A stretch of 62,609 nucleotides of DNA, the filler included, from Deltaproteobacteria bacterium (GTDB lineage: Bacteria; JAEEML01): the NCBI GenBank assembly GCA_016283195.1. It is 4 parts of 4 records of this genome, joined end to end, with 100 filler letters (N's around TTAATTAATTAA, not from the genome) between each part and the next. Parts side by side here need not be neighbours in the genome. Positions count along the whole stretch, not along the records: positions 34,660 to 62,609 come from JAEEML010000125.1; 3 more parts are not named here. The stretch is one strand, 5' to 3'. The notes beneath the pieces are model-generated. The model ran no database searches and was not told the DNA's origin. It saw only the letters and a program-made list of their open reading frames with translations. This document shows, piece after piece, positions 40,901-49,347 of the stretch; the stretch's first letter is position 1; each line of letters starts with the position of its first letter. A program made the position numbers and the translations under genes.

Positions 40901-42308
40901 CGCATTTATTGCACTGGCCCTCATCGTCTCTAGCCCAGCCAGGAGCACATTCGGTACAGAGGCCGTTGGCATCAACCTTCCAGCCGCCCTTTTCGTGGCT
41001 AATATCGCATTTACAGCTGCCGTCACCATCAAGATTATCATTGCAAACACCGTGCCCGCCGCAAATGCCGGCCTCAGTACCAAAGCCGGGGCAAGTTTGC
41101 CGACAATCGCTACCATAATAGCCGGGGGCACACCTATCGCAATTGGGGCCATCCCAACCGGTGGCGCAGGTGCAATCGGGGCCGGAGCGGTTGGCTGTAC
41201 ATTCATTACACAAATCGCCTTGAAAGCCTTTATCACATTGGCAGGTACCGGGGCTACTCAGACCATCGAGACAAGTACCATGACCATTGCAAACACCGGC
41301 TTCTGTACCGAGACCGGGGCAGGGTTCACAATTTTCACCAAAATAATTATCATTACATTCCGCACAGTTTTCACCGCTATGGGCCGGATCGCATTCGCAA
41401 TTATCACCGGCGCGGCCGTTGCCGCAGCTTTCACAATTTAAGCCGACAAAACCTTCAGCACACTGGCAAAGGCCGGAACCATTTATGCCCATAGAGCAGG
41501 TTCCATGACCGCTGCAAATGCCCTTTTCGCTACCAAGGCCCGGACAGGGCAGACAATCTTCACCAAAATAGCCATCGGTGCAACTGTCACAGGCGCTGCC
41601 GCTAAAACCAGTGGCACAAGCGCACTCGGAGAGCTGGCCATCGCTATTGGCATCTTTACAGCTATAACCATGCTCAACAGTACAAGTTGCCGAACAACCA
41701 TCGCCGCTCTCTTCATTGCCGTCATCGCAAGCTTCACCGGAATCGGAAGATCCGTCGCGCGCAGCTAAAATAAAGCCATCGCCGCATTTAGCTTTTTGAC
41801 AAGTACCGTTAGCACCGGAGGGACAACTGTCGGTAACTATATAATTGCCGTCGTCGCAACCATTCTCACCAAGCTCCGCTCCCACACGCATACCATCTCC
41901 GCAAATAGTTGTGCATACTGTGGGTGAGCTCTTATCGCAATTCCAGCCGGCTTCTTTTTGGCAGGTAGCCGAACAACCATCACCGCTCACTTCATTGCCA
42001 TCATCACATTCTTCGGTATCTTCTAATTTGTTGTTACCGCAAACAACACTTTTGCCAGGCACACAAATGGCTTCAGCTTCGGCACAATGTTGAGAAACAA
42101 CATCACAATCTTCATCGGAGCTGCAGGGCTTTCTACACACTTTGTCATAGCATACAAGCCCAGATAAGCAGCCTTTCGGGGCATCAGCACAGCTTTTACC
42201 CTCTTCGATACTGGGTTCGTTTGGAATAACTACTTTAGTTCCGCAAGCAGTCATCTCAAGAGCCAATAGAACCCCAACTAACGATAGCAGCTTTTTTTGG
42301 TGGTACAT
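37944..42308 (-). CDS. Giant Cys-rich surface lipoprotein (EGF/laminin-like stalk plus conserved C-terminal domain)
   Basis: Lipobox-like MTAC, CDDGN repeats, many CNGHGTC and YQDNDGNG modules; C-terminal domain paralogous to 11871-14114. Confidence 0.88.
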   Translation of the reverse strand: MYHQKKLLSLVGVLLALEMTACGTKVVIPNEPSIEEGKSCADAPKGCLSGLVCYDKVCRKPCSSDEDCDVVSQHCAEAEAICVPGKSVVCGNNKLEDTEECDDGNEVSGDGCSATCQKEAGWNCDKSSPTVCTTICGDGMRVGAELGENGCDDGNYIVTDSCPSGANGTCQKAKCGDGFILAARDGSSDSGEACDDGNEESGDGCSATCTVEHGYSCKDANSDGQLSECACATGFSGSACDSCTDGYFGEDCLPCPGLGSEKGICSGHGTCSMGINGSGLCQCAEGFVGLNCESCGNGRAGDNCECDPAHSGENCAECNDNYFGENCEPCPGLGTEAGVCNGHGTCLDGLSSPGTCQCDKGFQGDLCNECTANRSGPDCTCATGWDGPNCDRCAPGYYGSDCRQTCPGFGTEAGICGGHGVCNDNLDGDGSCKCDISHEKGGWKVDANGLCTECAPGWARDDEGQCNKCAYGYYGNTCTLECPGGIGNICNNQGTCDADGKCHCQDNVQGEDCSGCDGHFTGYPACNSCVYGWYDSDCSKPCPGGADNACNGHGTCDVNGRCTCNGHFKGTDCNECKDGFTGINCDKCLPGYAGPDCTPCPGGVNNVCNGHGTCSGELANTCVCSEGYAKDENGSCTKCAAGYQDNNGDGICLPDCSAKVCGSNAHCEDTSGEAICKCNSGYQDNDTNGSCLPTCATAGNCNGHGTCNDGSGEVVCSCANGYQGRYCDACATGYQDVNNDQTCEPNCDTANLSCQDNAHCFVNGTTGRVDCACDSGYQDNDGNGTCLPDCNTFGGCSNHGTCSIVSGSAKCACNPHWTGEHCAACESGYQDNDGNGSCEPACTSSTCNGHGTCSDSSGSAKCACNSHWAAPNCAACESGYQDNDGNGSCEPACTSSTCNSHGTCSDASGSVTCSCNSHWAAPNCAACESGYQDNDGNGTCLPDCNTFGGCSNHGTCSIVGGSAKCACNSHWAGEHCAACESGYQDNDGNGSCEPACTSATCNGHGTCSDSSGTAKCVSCNSNFDITTNCQYCLTGWQGANCDTKVSIVAPTISSSMPFENACHKDVVGWLNPAGSAMRVKFTHNNLNTAGYTFKCRSAPKSRISSASWIDAESGGYCKPSKDSSQPEGPYTTQIKAVYGAAESSVAEVSYYVSTSLNGVSCCSSSVSDATWFATAKNVLDTSAKFTSSNLTLPYVSVSGVSGESASPVTFRKKFTMNSDNTLLLLTRHTASGYAQRQSGSKNTCSPGMYAWLGQMWEVKGQHYYHCNEVKETRYNVYYDSHLHYNISTQCFWRYETTGDKYCKNYTYTFDGTDNYIWGERSWSYGAHHIVEKSTNECISAKEFNGLIVKNHINRSLTSCDAMVFNAHGDIACLYASGTSASVKKTVIHNHDYTLYNSVSFSKRGQLSPGFRILDNSDALTVSKGNNKGHVSLFSDKWCTYSSDYCEANIIPVLY
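39270..39990 (-). repeat. Near-identical intragenic tandem repeats (153/156-nt units)
   Basis: YQDNDGNG codons recur at spacings of 156, 153, 153 and 156 nt; two unit types in the order B-A-A-B-A. Confidence 0.9.
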
Positions 42309-42369
42309 GGTAGTCTCCTCCCGTACAAGTCCACGGTCGCATTATACAATTTGATACAGAATATAACAA
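42309..42369 (-). promoter_or_regulatory. sigma70 promoter and conserved 5' leader of Cys-rich gene 2
   Basis: TTGTTA-N17-TATAAT (42369-42341), then the leader ACCGTGGACTTGTACGGGAGGAG. Confidence 0.75.
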
Positions 42370-42385
42370 GTTTTTTTAGTAGGAG

Positions 42386-44467
42386 CTAACAGCGTGATAA
42401 TATTGTATAACTTTCCAAAGCAATTAGATGGTTTACCAAATAATCGCTATTATGCCCGCCGGCAGGCAAGAGCAAAAGTTCTTCCATGCCGTCGCTCTTA
42501 GAAAAGGCCAAAACTAAATAACGGCCACATTGGACAGGCTTTTTAAAGAAGGAAAAACGGTAAGCGGCGCGCAGCACTATATGGCGCTCTTGAGAGACTA
42601 AATCCATAACAAAAGGCGCTTTTTTTGCCCGCAAATTTATGCGCAGGGTTTTGGGATAGTGCTCCTTTAAGTAAGCGGAAAACTTCTCCGGCGTAGCGAT
42701 AGCCAGGGGCAGCTTTTTAAGCCAGGGCAAGCTAACAATATTTTCCAAATCGGCCTTTGTAACCTTCTTTTGGTAAGAAGTGCGCACTCCGCCGCCCGTT
42801 AAGAGATAGAGACGCGCTCTGCTCCAAGGTACTTCGGCCTTCTGGAGAGTGTTAAAATAGAGAGCTTTTGTCTTGGTCACCATAGTGAGAAATTCGTGCG
42901 CTTTAAGAGATTCGGCCAGTTGCTGGATAGAGAGCTCGGTATATTTATAATTTTTGTCAAAATCGATTATGGTCACATAAGCTTCGCCGCTTTTTGAGGC
43001 AGCAAGGTAATCTTTAAAATGTTTTAACCAATCGGCATAAGCAAACTCATGGTGCCATTTAATAGCTTTTGGCCAAAAACGCATGGAAAATTCCAAAATA
43101 AGAATAGCCCCCAAAAGTATGCCGCCGAAGGCTAAATCGCGGCTTAAGAAGAGCAATTCGGAGCTATTAAGAGCCCACATAGCCAGGCCAACGGCCACAG
43201 TGCTGAAAATGAGGGTAAAGTAATGTTCCTGGCAAAAGGCCCGCATTTGCGCGGCAGCCAGACGCGAGCGCAGGATAAAGAAAAAGGCGCTCCCCAAAAG
43301 CAGGGCGACCATATCTTCGCGCAAAAAGAAATAGCCGATGCCAATAGAAATAATCCAGGTAACAATGCCCAGTTCATAGCTGATAAAATTAAGGTAGCGC
43401 CCCATTTTAGGTTTGGCAAAACCAAAAAGAGAGCTGCCATATTTCTTTAGATCAAAGTAAAAAAGGTTGGCCCAGGCAATGGAAATATCAAGCAAAGGGA
43501 TGGTGACAAAAAAGAAGACCGTCCAAAAAAGGGCAATAAAGCCGCCACGATCCATATTAAAGAAGCTCATAATCAGCAAAGTGCCGACACGCATAGAGAC
43601 CGAAGCCAGACCACTCAAAAAATAGCTAAAGCGCGGCCCTAATTTGCCGCAATTTTTCAGGCTTTTTATGGAGGCCACCGGCAGAGTCAGGTGCATATTC
43701 AAATTCACTCTTTGCCCGCGGAAGTGGCTGTCCTGCTGCTCAAAAGAGAGGTGCAGGCGCTCGTAAAGCGGAGCAGCAAAATAAATGGTGAGGACAGCCG
43801 AAACAGTAGCGGAGACCAAAGTGGCGTAAATAATGGCGGTTAAATTATAAATGGGCCACAGGAGGATGAGAGTCAAAAGCCAAGACACTTCGCCGGCGAT
43901 AATCGACCAGAGCGGGCGGTAAACTCGGCTAAAGCCATAAACAGCCGAATGAACAGTGCGGCTTAAAATACTGGCGGCCAGGCGAAAGAGCAGACAAAAG
44001 AGATATAAAACGGTGAATTGGCGATCGCTGCCCATATAAAGGGCTTCGCCGCCGATTAAAATGGCGATGGCTACGGCCAAAATAGCAGTGGCGGTGATTA
44101 CCGCAAAACTATACCAGGCATTTACCCGCCTCTGGCACCTGGTGAGGCGAAAGAGCTCCAAATCGCGGCGCACACCGGTGCGGAGTCCTTCCAGCTCGCC
44201 CCACCAAAAGGCTTCAAAAAGGCCTATTATGAGCCTTAAAAGCGCCAGCTCCAAAAACTGATCCTGACGCAATTTATTAAAAAACAAAAATAGTTCCACA
44301 AAATGCAAAAAAACGCCAATGCCCTTGGAAGCACCAAAAAGGCGCAGGCGGTACCAAGTGTAAGAAAGGGTGCGGTGGCCAAATAAAACGTCCTCAACGG
44401 TAGGGCGTTTTTCCTGCTCGCGATATAATTTTTTTAGACAGGCGGTTACATTATTAACTTTGTCCAT
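42386..44467 (-). CDS. Polytopic membrane protein with a soluble C-terminal domain, coupled to the RT
   Basis: Roughly a dozen hydrophobic segments in two blocks, then a ~220-aa soluble tail. Its ATG immediately follows the RT stop (TAGATG). Confidence 0.8.
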   Translation of the reverse strand: MDKVNNVTACLKKLYREQEKRPTVEDVLFGHRTLSYTWYRLRLFGASKGIGVFLHFVELFLFFNKLRQDQFLELALLRLIIGLFEAFWWGELEGLRTGVRRDLELFRLTRCQRRVNAWYSFAVITATAILAVAIAILIGGEALYMGSDRQFTVLYLFCLLFRLAASILSRTVHSAVYGFSRVYRPLWSIIAGEVSWLLTLILLWPIYNLTAIIYATLVSATVSAVLTIYFAAPLYERLHLSFEQQDSHFRGQRVNLNMHLTLPVASIKSLKNCGKLGPRFSYFLSGLASVSMRVGTLLIMSFFNMDRGGFIALFWTVFFFVTIPLLDISIAWANLFYFDLKKYGSSLFGFAKPKMGRYLNFISYELGIVTWIISIGIGYFFLREDMVALLLGSAFFFILRSRLAAAQMRAFCQEHYFTLIFSTVAVGLAMWALNSSELLFLSRDLAFGGILLGAILILEFSMRFWPKAIKWHHEFAYADWLKHFKDYLAASKSGEAYVTIIDFDKNYKYTELSIQQLAESLKAHEFLTMVTKTKALYFNTLQKAEVPWSRARLYLLTGGGVRTSYQKKVTKADLENIVSLPWLKKLPLAIATPEKFSAYLKEHYPKTLRINLRAKKAPFVMDLVSQERHIVLRAAYRFSFFKKPVQCGRYLVLAFSKSDGMEELLLLPAGGHNSDYLVNHLIALESYTILSRC

Positions 44468-45808
44468 CTAATTTTTCCTTCGGCAGGAGCGATTGCGCAA
44501 AACAACTAAAGAACGATATCCCCAAACCTCACGCACATGGCGGGGCGAATACTTACGCATCATGGCCGGGCTACCATTGCCGGTAGCCAGCTTAATCAAA
44601 AGACGGGTGAAACGGTAATCCAGCTGCTTTAGCTGCGACCTGTCAGTGACAATGCGGCGTAAAGCATCGGCATAAGGGTGGCTGTGCTGGCAGGTGGAAT
44701 TAAGCATGGAGTTTAAATGCCTGGCCAGTATTTTGCCCAGTTCATCGGGCGTAGGTTTTTCGCGTTGATACATTTTTACAATGTGCTCTAAACGTTCTTT
44801 GGCGGCCGCATAAAGCATGCCCATGCGTTTGGGGCGAATCATCACCGTGCCATGAAAATCTATGGAAAAGCCCAAAAATTCCACGCGGTTAGCGCCAGGA
44901 AAAGCAGGTGAGTCACAAGGGCGGCCGGCACCGTTAAAGTAGATAGAGAGCTGCTTTTTTTCATTTAATGAAAGGCCAAGTTCATTTAAGCCGCTGGAGA
45001 TAGTGGCAATGGCCTTTTTGGTGAGCTCCTCTTCAGGACTGATAAAGATAATGTCGTCGCCGTAACGGGCATAAAAGGTATCGGGCATAGCGGAGAGTGC
45101 GGCATCTAAGTGCGAAAGATAGAGGTTGGCAACGGCATTGGCCACCGGCGAACCGGTGGGAATTCCCTGCTCCATGCGCCCTTCCCGGCCGTTTATATCA
45201 ATAATAACCGGGCGAATACTCTCCCGAAAAACCTGCCAAAGCTCCTGATGACTCTCCACTTCACCGGGTCCCAGAAGAGTCTTAAGCCACTGCCAAATGG
45301 GCGCTCCGTCATATACGGGAATGGAATCAAAATAGGCCGAAATATCGGTGCGCACCAAATAAAGACCGCGCTGTTTGGGATCGGTAACTTTTTTACGATA
45401 AGCGCGCACATATCTGGCAAGAGCCTGCACCGCCCCGACATAAGAATAGCCGTCACGGTAAGAATAAACATTGGGCACCAGCGTTTTGGCTGTGTACATA
45501 TTAAGTATGGCGGTTATCGCCAGGTGCACTATGCGATCCACCGGCTTAAATTGGTAAACCGTGCGCTCTTTTTCATGGGTTACAATGCGAATGGCAACGC
45601 CAGGAGAAAAATTATAATCGCCGGCAGTAATATCTTTGGCAATAGCTTTACACAGGCGCTTTTCGGCAAAACGCATGCTAGTAATGGTGCAACCCTCCTG
45701 TTGCCTGGCTTCTGGGGTGTGGCGCCAAGCCGGGCTCTCGGCCACATGCAAAAGCGCCTGACGATAAATATCGCTTCCCTTAAGCAATTTCACCCACTCT
45801 ATTGCCAT
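44468..45808 (-). CDS. Reverse transcriptase, group-II-like, stand-alone
   Basis: KERTVYQFKPVDRIVH, YSYRDG, TDISAYFDSI, GIPTGSPVANAVANLYL, YARYGDD (YGDD at 45053-45064), FLGF and a thumb/X-like LKQLDYR segment. Confidence 0.95.
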   Translation of the reverse strand: MAIEWVKLLKGSDIYRQALLHVAESPAWRHTPEARQQEGCTITSMRFAEKRLCKAIAKDITAGDYNFSPGVAIRIVTHEKERTVYQFKPVDRIVHLAITAILNMYTAKTLVPNVYSYRDGYSYVGAVQALARYVRAYRKKVTDPKQRGLYLVRTDISAYFDSIPVYDGAPIWQWLKTLLGPGEVESHQELWQVFRESIRPVIIDINGREGRMEQGIPTGSPVANAVANLYLSHLDAALSAMPDTFYARYGDDIIFISPEEELTKKAIATISSGLNELGLSLNEKKQLSIYFNGAGRPCDSPAFPGANRVEFLGFSIDFHGTVMIRPKRMGMLYAAAKERLEHIVKMYQREKPTPDELGKILARHLNSMLNSTCQHSHPYADALRRIVTDRSQLKQLDYRFTRLLIKLATGNGSPAMMRKYSPRHVREVWGYRSLVVLRNRSCRRKN

Positions 45809-45836
45809 AAGAGTACCTGTTTTTTCAAAAAGAGGC

Positions 45837-46454
45837 TCATTTGATCGGCACAGCTTTTATTTGCACTTTGCCGTTTTCTACAGCCACCCGAAACTTCACA
45901 TCGCGACAGGCATATTTGCTCTTAAGCAAAGTTTGCTGCTTGGTAAGGGCTCCGGCAAGAGCCTCATAAGAGAGATTAGTATTTTGCCCCATCCCGGCCA
46001 AAGCGTTTTTATATTCGTTATATATATATTCCAAAGGCCTTCCGGCCTGAGCGGCCGGCGAAGTAGCCGGCGGGGCTATAGCCTGGGAAGATTGCGCATT
46101 TTGGGTCTCTTGCGCCTTTGGAGCTTGGGCAGCTTGCGGGGCTTGCGGCTTATTGGTGCTGGCGGTTATCTTGGCAGCACGCAGACGATCGCGCTTATAA
46201 GTGCCTTCTTCAATCTGGCGCATTATGCGATTCCAATAACCAAGGTAACTATTAAATTTTGCTACTAAATTATTGCGTTGAAAGCGCAGAGCGGTATTGG
46301 AAATCTGCTCTACTGTAGCCGCCCGCACCTTTTTGCTCACCGCTTCGAATTCATCAAGCGGAGCCAGGCGCTCAAGGCCCATAAAATATTGCTCATAAGC
46401 AAATTTAAGATGGGCTATATCACTTTCCAGTTCTTTCAGTTGTGCGTCATTCAT
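45837..46454 (-). CDS. MXAN_5187 C-terminal-domain-like protein
   Basis: YEQYFMGLERLAP, YWNRIMRQIEEGTYKRD and VKFRVAVENGKVQIKA, recognised from myxobacterial homologs. Confidence 0.7.
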   Translation of the reverse strand: MNDAQLKELESDIAHLKFAYEQYFMGLERLAPLDEFEAVSKKVRAATVEQISNTALRFQRNNLVAKFNSYLGYWNRIMRQIEEGTYKRDRLRAAKITASTNKPQAPQAAQAPKAQETQNAQSSQAIAPPATSPAAQAGRPLEYIYNEYKNALAGMGQNTNLSYEALAGALTKQQTLLKSKYACRDVKFRVAVENGKVQIKAVPIK

Positions 46455-46484
46455 CTGGGTATTTTGCTATATTCTTTATTTTTT

Positions 46485-49088
46485 TTAACAAGATACGCTT
46501 TTTTTGCGCCACAAAAGCCCAAGCGCTAGGAACACGAGAAGAGCCACATTGGCGCCGCCGGCGGCATTGCAACCAGCGCCCCCGGCAGTCTTCTCGGTTA
46601 AAATAGGCTTGCCTAAATTAGTAGAAAGAACAACTTCCTCTTTATTAAAGACTTTTAGCGGAGAAATATTGCCGGCTTCATCGCTGGCAACTACTTCAAG
46701 AGCGCCGCCCATGGTTACCACTTTGGCCGAGAGATCCGCAAAAGCGCTGATATCTTGCCAGGAAGTCTGGTGCGTACCATCATTATAGCGCACTTTTAAG
46801 CTCAATTTGTCGGCAGCGCTGCCCATATCCTCAGCCCAAATGTGCAAAACATCATTCTGAATAGCGCTAAAGACCGCCGGGCGCACGTTATCAACCAGGA
46901 TGCTCAAATTATCCAAAGCAAACTCCCTGGCACTGCCGGGAATACGAGCCACCACTGCAATATTGTGGCGCCCGGGCAAGCGCAAAAGGCCGCTTTTAAT
47001 GAGCATTTTGCCATTTTCGGCCGGCCGGCGGTAAGAGAGCCATGGGCCGTTATCAACCCGGAAGCGATATTCATAACCTGGGGTGGTCATAAGAGCCAGA
47101 GTGCCGCTGGTTTTACCGGCGAGTTCAAAGCCGTAAATGTTCTGCTCTTCACTAAGGGCTTTTATAAGGCCGTTATCGGCCGCCGGCCGCACCGCCGCCG
47201 GAGCGGAAGCATTGGGCAGAGCGCCGCCGTGGCCGGCTCTATAGCAAGCTAAGTCCTTATTATTATTTAAATCTTCCTCAGCACAGAAAGTGGCATAAAT
47301 AGCCAGATAGTGGCCTGGCAAATCGGGATTTGGTTCGGCTGGTTCGCGGCGAATATCATTAAAGAAGAGATCAACATGCTCGCCAAAAAGCGCCGAAAGT
47401 CCCTCGGTAATATTCACGTTAAAATTGAAATTATTGCTTAAAATCGAGCCTAAGAGCATATCGAGGAGACTCTCCAAAAGCTCATCCAATTTGGCATGCG
47501 GGGCCAAATCATTAAAGACAGTCACAAAATTCTTAATGGCCAGGTCATCAACCATAACTCCAAGCTGAGCATCGTTGGTGGAAGCCACAGTAAGTCCGGC
47601 ATGAATATCCATAAGGAGTGTAAACATACGGGCATAGCGATTCTCGGTAAAGAGGAAGAAAGAAAGTTCCAGCTGATTAAAGCTAATAGAAACGATGCTG
47701 TCATTTTTTACGGCCCCGGTAGCTTCATCAACAATCTGTTTACCGGTACCCATTTCCACTACCGGAGCACTGGAAGGTCTTAAAGAAATGATAACCGGAG
47801 CATTAGAAGGCGCAAGATAAGAGAGTTCAGGGGCCAAAGTGGCAAAAAGGCCGACTGTCGGCGAAAAGACACCGCCAACCAGTGCGGAAAGAGAATCGGT
47901 ATCCATTTTCACACAAAGAGCGCCGCTTCTAATGAGGCCAAAAAAGAGCTGGGCCAGTGAATCTTGCGACAAAGTTAAAAGAGCATCGTAATTTTCCGGA
48001 TGCTGGTAACCATCCTGGCCGATAATGGTCACTACGCCGTTATAATCGGGCAAAGTAGTGTGCATGGCCCCATAAACCGGTGGCTCGATATCGGCAATGC
48101 AATTGGATTTTTCCGCGCCGAAAGCGGCATCAAGAACCACACTTAAACCGGCACTGCTGGCATTATTGCCGCTCTGAGTAATACGCAGAGGGTTCCTATT
48201 TGGCGCCACATGGAGACCAAAAGTTTCGGGATAGGCCCACATTTTGTCTAAACCATCTATTTTAGCCATACCAGCAATCATTTCCGGCAGGCTAAAGCCG
48301 TAAATATATTCCACCGGTACTTCGCCCATAGCTTCGTTAATTTTGTCACTGGCCAGTTCGATAAGTTTTGGCATAAAGAGATCTTTAAAAATGTCGGCGC
48401 CGCTTAAAATAACATTACCGGCCACCAAAGCTACCCGCAAAGCACCGCAAGCCGCCCCGTTGCCATCAACGGAACCTCTGATACTATTAATGCCCAAATT
48501 AAGGGTACTGGCGGTATCATTTATATTGAGATCCAAAATTTTAAGACCGGCAGAACCGGTTTTAACGCCAATATCAATAGCTAAAACAATACTGTCAACA
48601 TGGGCTAATGGGCCGTTATCGGTGCCGTGAATAATGCAGTCACTGACATTTAAGTTGGCATATAAATCCATATCGTTAAGAGTAACATTTAAGCTGGCTG
48701 GGTAATCACCATTGCCGTCCGCAAAAGCAACGGTTGTATTGCTATCAAGTTTGGTAATATCCAGATCGAAAGTACCGCTAAAACTACCGGAATTAACTAC
48801 AAAACGGGCTAATTTTTTTCCGTTTTCTTCTACTACCTGGCCGGCAGCACTGCCTAAAAGCTCACCCATGTGGCCGGTAAAAAATTCCAAAAGGCTGTTG
48901 GAAATGCGCACGCGCAAAATATCATCCCGCATGGCGCCGCCCTTGGGAGCGGGATCGGGATATTCGTAATCCGCAACTTGGCCGGGAAAAGCACAGCCGG
49001 CGGAATCGCCGCCACAGGCAAGAGGCAAGGCAGTAAGAGCCATCAGGGAAAGATGCATGATTTTCGAAGAAAGCACTCTATTCATCAC
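46485..49088 (-). CDS. Large secreted lipoprotein with a MYXO-CTERM-like sorting signal
   Basis: N-terminal PLAC lipobox; C-terminal GGAGCNAAGG + hydrophobic helix + RKK. Confidence 0.75.
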   Translation of the reverse strand: MMNRVLSSKIMHLSLMALTALPLACGGDSAGCAFPGQVADYEYPDPAPKGGAMRDDILRVRISNSLLEFFTGHMGELLGSAAGQVVEENGKKLARFVVNSGSFSGTFDLDITKLDSNTTVAFADGNGDYPASLNVTLNDMDLYANLNVSDCIIHGTDNGPLAHVDSIVLAIDIGVKTGSAGLKILDLNINDTASTLNLGINSIRGSVDGNGAACGALRVALVAGNVILSGADIFKDLFMPKLIELASDKINEAMGEVPVEYIYGFSLPEMIAGMAKIDGLDKMWAYPETFGLHVAPNRNPLRITQSGNNASSAGLSVVLDAAFGAEKSNCIADIEPPVYGAMHTTLPDYNGVVTIIGQDGYQHPENYDALLTLSQDSLAQLFFGLIRSGALCVKMDTDSLSALVGGVFSPTVGLFATLAPELSYLAPSNAPVIISLRPSSAPVVEMGTGKQIVDEATGAVKNDSIVSISFNQLELSFFLFTENRYARMFTLLMDIHAGLTVASTNDAQLGVMVDDLAIKNFVTVFNDLAPHAKLDELLESLLDMLLGSILSNNFNFNVNITEGLSALFGEHVDLFFNDIRREPAEPNPDLPGHYLAIYATFCAEEDLNNNKDLACYRAGHGGALPNASAPAAVRPAADNGLIKALSEEQNIYGFELAGKTSGTLALMTTPGYEYRFRVDNGPWLSYRRPAENGKMLIKSGLLRLPGRHNIAVVARIPGSAREFALDNLSILVDNVRPAVFSAIQNDVLHIWAEDMGSAADKLSLKVRYNDGTHQTSWQDISAFADLSAKVVTMGGALEVVASDEAGNISPLKVFNKEEVVLSTNLGKPILTEKTAGGAGCNAAGGANVALLVFLALGLLWRKKSVSC

Positions 49089-49347
49089 TTTTGCTCCTAA
49101 ATAAGAGTCGCCCCAAAGCGGGCGGCGCTTATTCTAGCACAAAAGGCATAAAAATAACTAGTATGCAATTTTTCAACTTCCACTATTCCAACTTGCCTTG
49201 AAAGTGTGCTAAGGAGTCTTGCATTATTGCCAACTGGTATGGTGCCTGTTGGCGCTTTAACCAGCCGTCGGCGTGAGAGGTGCGCCAAAGCGGCAAATGT
49301 GGAGTTTAGAATGGCCCTATGGGGCCAACCCGTTCAGGAGGAAAAGA

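Noticed and set aside
44468-45808. RT as part of a diversity-generating retroelement targeting the Cys-rich or FISUMP genes
   Set aside because: I found no TR/VR pair. Differences between the paralogous blocks (~12430-12550 vs ~38555-38670) are mostly synonymous and not adenine-specific. The RT lacks the DGR 'SQ' motif and there is no avd-like gene.
44468-45808. Group II intron or classical retron
   Set aside because: Flanking genes abut the RT (28 nt and 0 nt), leaving no room for intron domains or msr-msd, and the retron NAxxH/VTG motifs are absent.
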